Made by a program: the position numbers and the translations under genes
Notes under the pieces: model-generated
The model's database searches: none
Seen by the model: only the letters and a program-made list of their open reading frames with translations
Told to the model about the DNA's origin: nothing
Part shown: piece after piece, positions 46,974-47,777 of the stretch
Numbering within the stretch: position 1 is the first letter of the stretch
Layout: the number at the start of each line of letters is the position of its first letter
Source: an uncultured Anaerolineaceae bacterium
GTDB lineage: Bacteria; Chloroflexota; Limnocylindria; Limnocylindrales; CSP1-4
Assembly (NCBI GenBank): GCA_964425305.1
Contig: CAYRMQ010000007.1
Location: 1-47,777, forward strand
Reading direction: 5' to 3'
DNA length: 47,777 bases

Positions 46974-47777
46974 TCACACCGCTACCGGCTCACGGTACTC
47001 GCCGAAGACGGCGCGGAAGATGCCGCACATCTCACCCAGCGTTGCGTAGGCGTTGGCGCATTCGACGAGGGCCGGCATCAGGTTCGTCTCGGTCGAGCCG
47101 GGCCGCGACGCCAGGTCGCGCAACCGCGCGAGGGCAGCCGCCACGCGCTCGTGATCGCGCTCGCGGCGAGTCTGCTCGAGCCGCGACAGGTGACGTCGCT
47201 TCGACTCCTCGCTGACCTCGAGCAGCGGTATCGCCAGCTCCTCGTCGGGATCGGCGTGGACGTTGACCCCGACGATCTCGCGCTCGCCCGCGTCGAACTC
47301 GCGCTGAAAGCGGTAGGCCGCGTCGGCGATCTCCTCCTGCGGGTAGCCAAGCCGGATCGCCGCCACCATCCCGCCCAGCCGATCGATCTCGTCGAGGTAG
47401 CGCCAGACCTGCCGCTCGACGTCGTTGGTCAGCGACTCGACGAACCATGATCCGCCGAGCGGATCGACCGTGTTCGTCACGCCGGTCTCCGACGCGATGA
47501 CCTGCTGCTGGCGGAGGGCGAGCAGGGCCGCTTCGGCCGACGGCACGGCCCACGCCTCGTCGTAGGCGTCGGTGTGGAGCGACTGGGTACCCCCGAGCAC
47601 GGCGGCGAGGGCCTGCGTCGCCACCCTGGTCAGGTTGTTGAGCGGCTGCTGGGCCGTCAGAGAGACGCCGGCGGTCTGGGTGTGGAAGCGCATCCATGTC
47701 GAGCGCTCGTTCTCGGCCCGATAGCGCTGCGTCATCAGCTTCCACCAGATGCGCCGCGCGGCGCGGAACTTGGCGAT
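46974..47777 (-). CDS. Methylmalonyl-CoA-mutase-family large (substrate-binding) subunit, 3' part
   Basis: IAKFRAARRIW, RFHTQTAGVSLTAQQP, LGGTQSLHT, DPLGGSW, ATLGE; no B12 domain at the C-terminus; truncated by the window end. Confidence 0.95.
   Translation of the reverse strand: MAKFRAARRIWWKLMTQRYRAENERSTWMRFHTQTAGVSLTAQQPLNNLTRVATQALAAVLGGTQSLHTDAYDEAWAVPSAEAALLALRQQQVIASETGVTNTVDPLGGSWFVESLTNDVERQVWRYLDEIDRLGGMVAAIRLGYPQEEIADAAYRFQREFDAGEREIVGVNVHADPDEELAIPLLEVSEESKRRHLSRLEQTRRERDHERVAAALARLRDLASRPGSTETNLMPALVECANAYATLGEMCGIFRAVFGEYREPVAV

Overview
This is a high-GC bacterial chromosomal segment made mostly of core genes; Chloroflexota/Limnocylindria-like affinity is my inference from the 16S 5' half and the gene content. 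It contains the 5' half of a 16S rRNA gene with tandem promoters and boxA, recR-ybaB-dnaX, a large (Alu-type) SRP RNA, five tRNAs (all four Ser isoacceptors plus one Arg), serS, class I lysS, greA, argR, uppP, hppA, lepB, ndk, coaX-coaBC-panB-panC, gdh, acyl-CoA/B12-mutase genes, folE, ArsR-trxA and several hypotheticals. No CRISPR array, transposase or integrase was seen. The main finding is that the Arg tRNA in the position normally held by tRNA-Arg(ACG) has anticodon GCG. About 1.5 kb away, a full-length tadA with its own promoter has its catalytic Glu replaced by Val (HAE->HAV, as in eukaryotic ADAT3/Tad3). Together these suggest a switch to inosine-free Arg decoding with a retained pseudo-deaminase. 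Other findings: further active-site-degenerate proteins, a 1-bp frameshift in a cyclase-STAND gene, a panC with no canonical start codon, an unannotated 36-codon ORF coupled to meaB, five phased TTGC-N7-GCAA palindromes, a repeat shared by two intergenic regions, a greA leader terminator and widespread leaderless gene starts.
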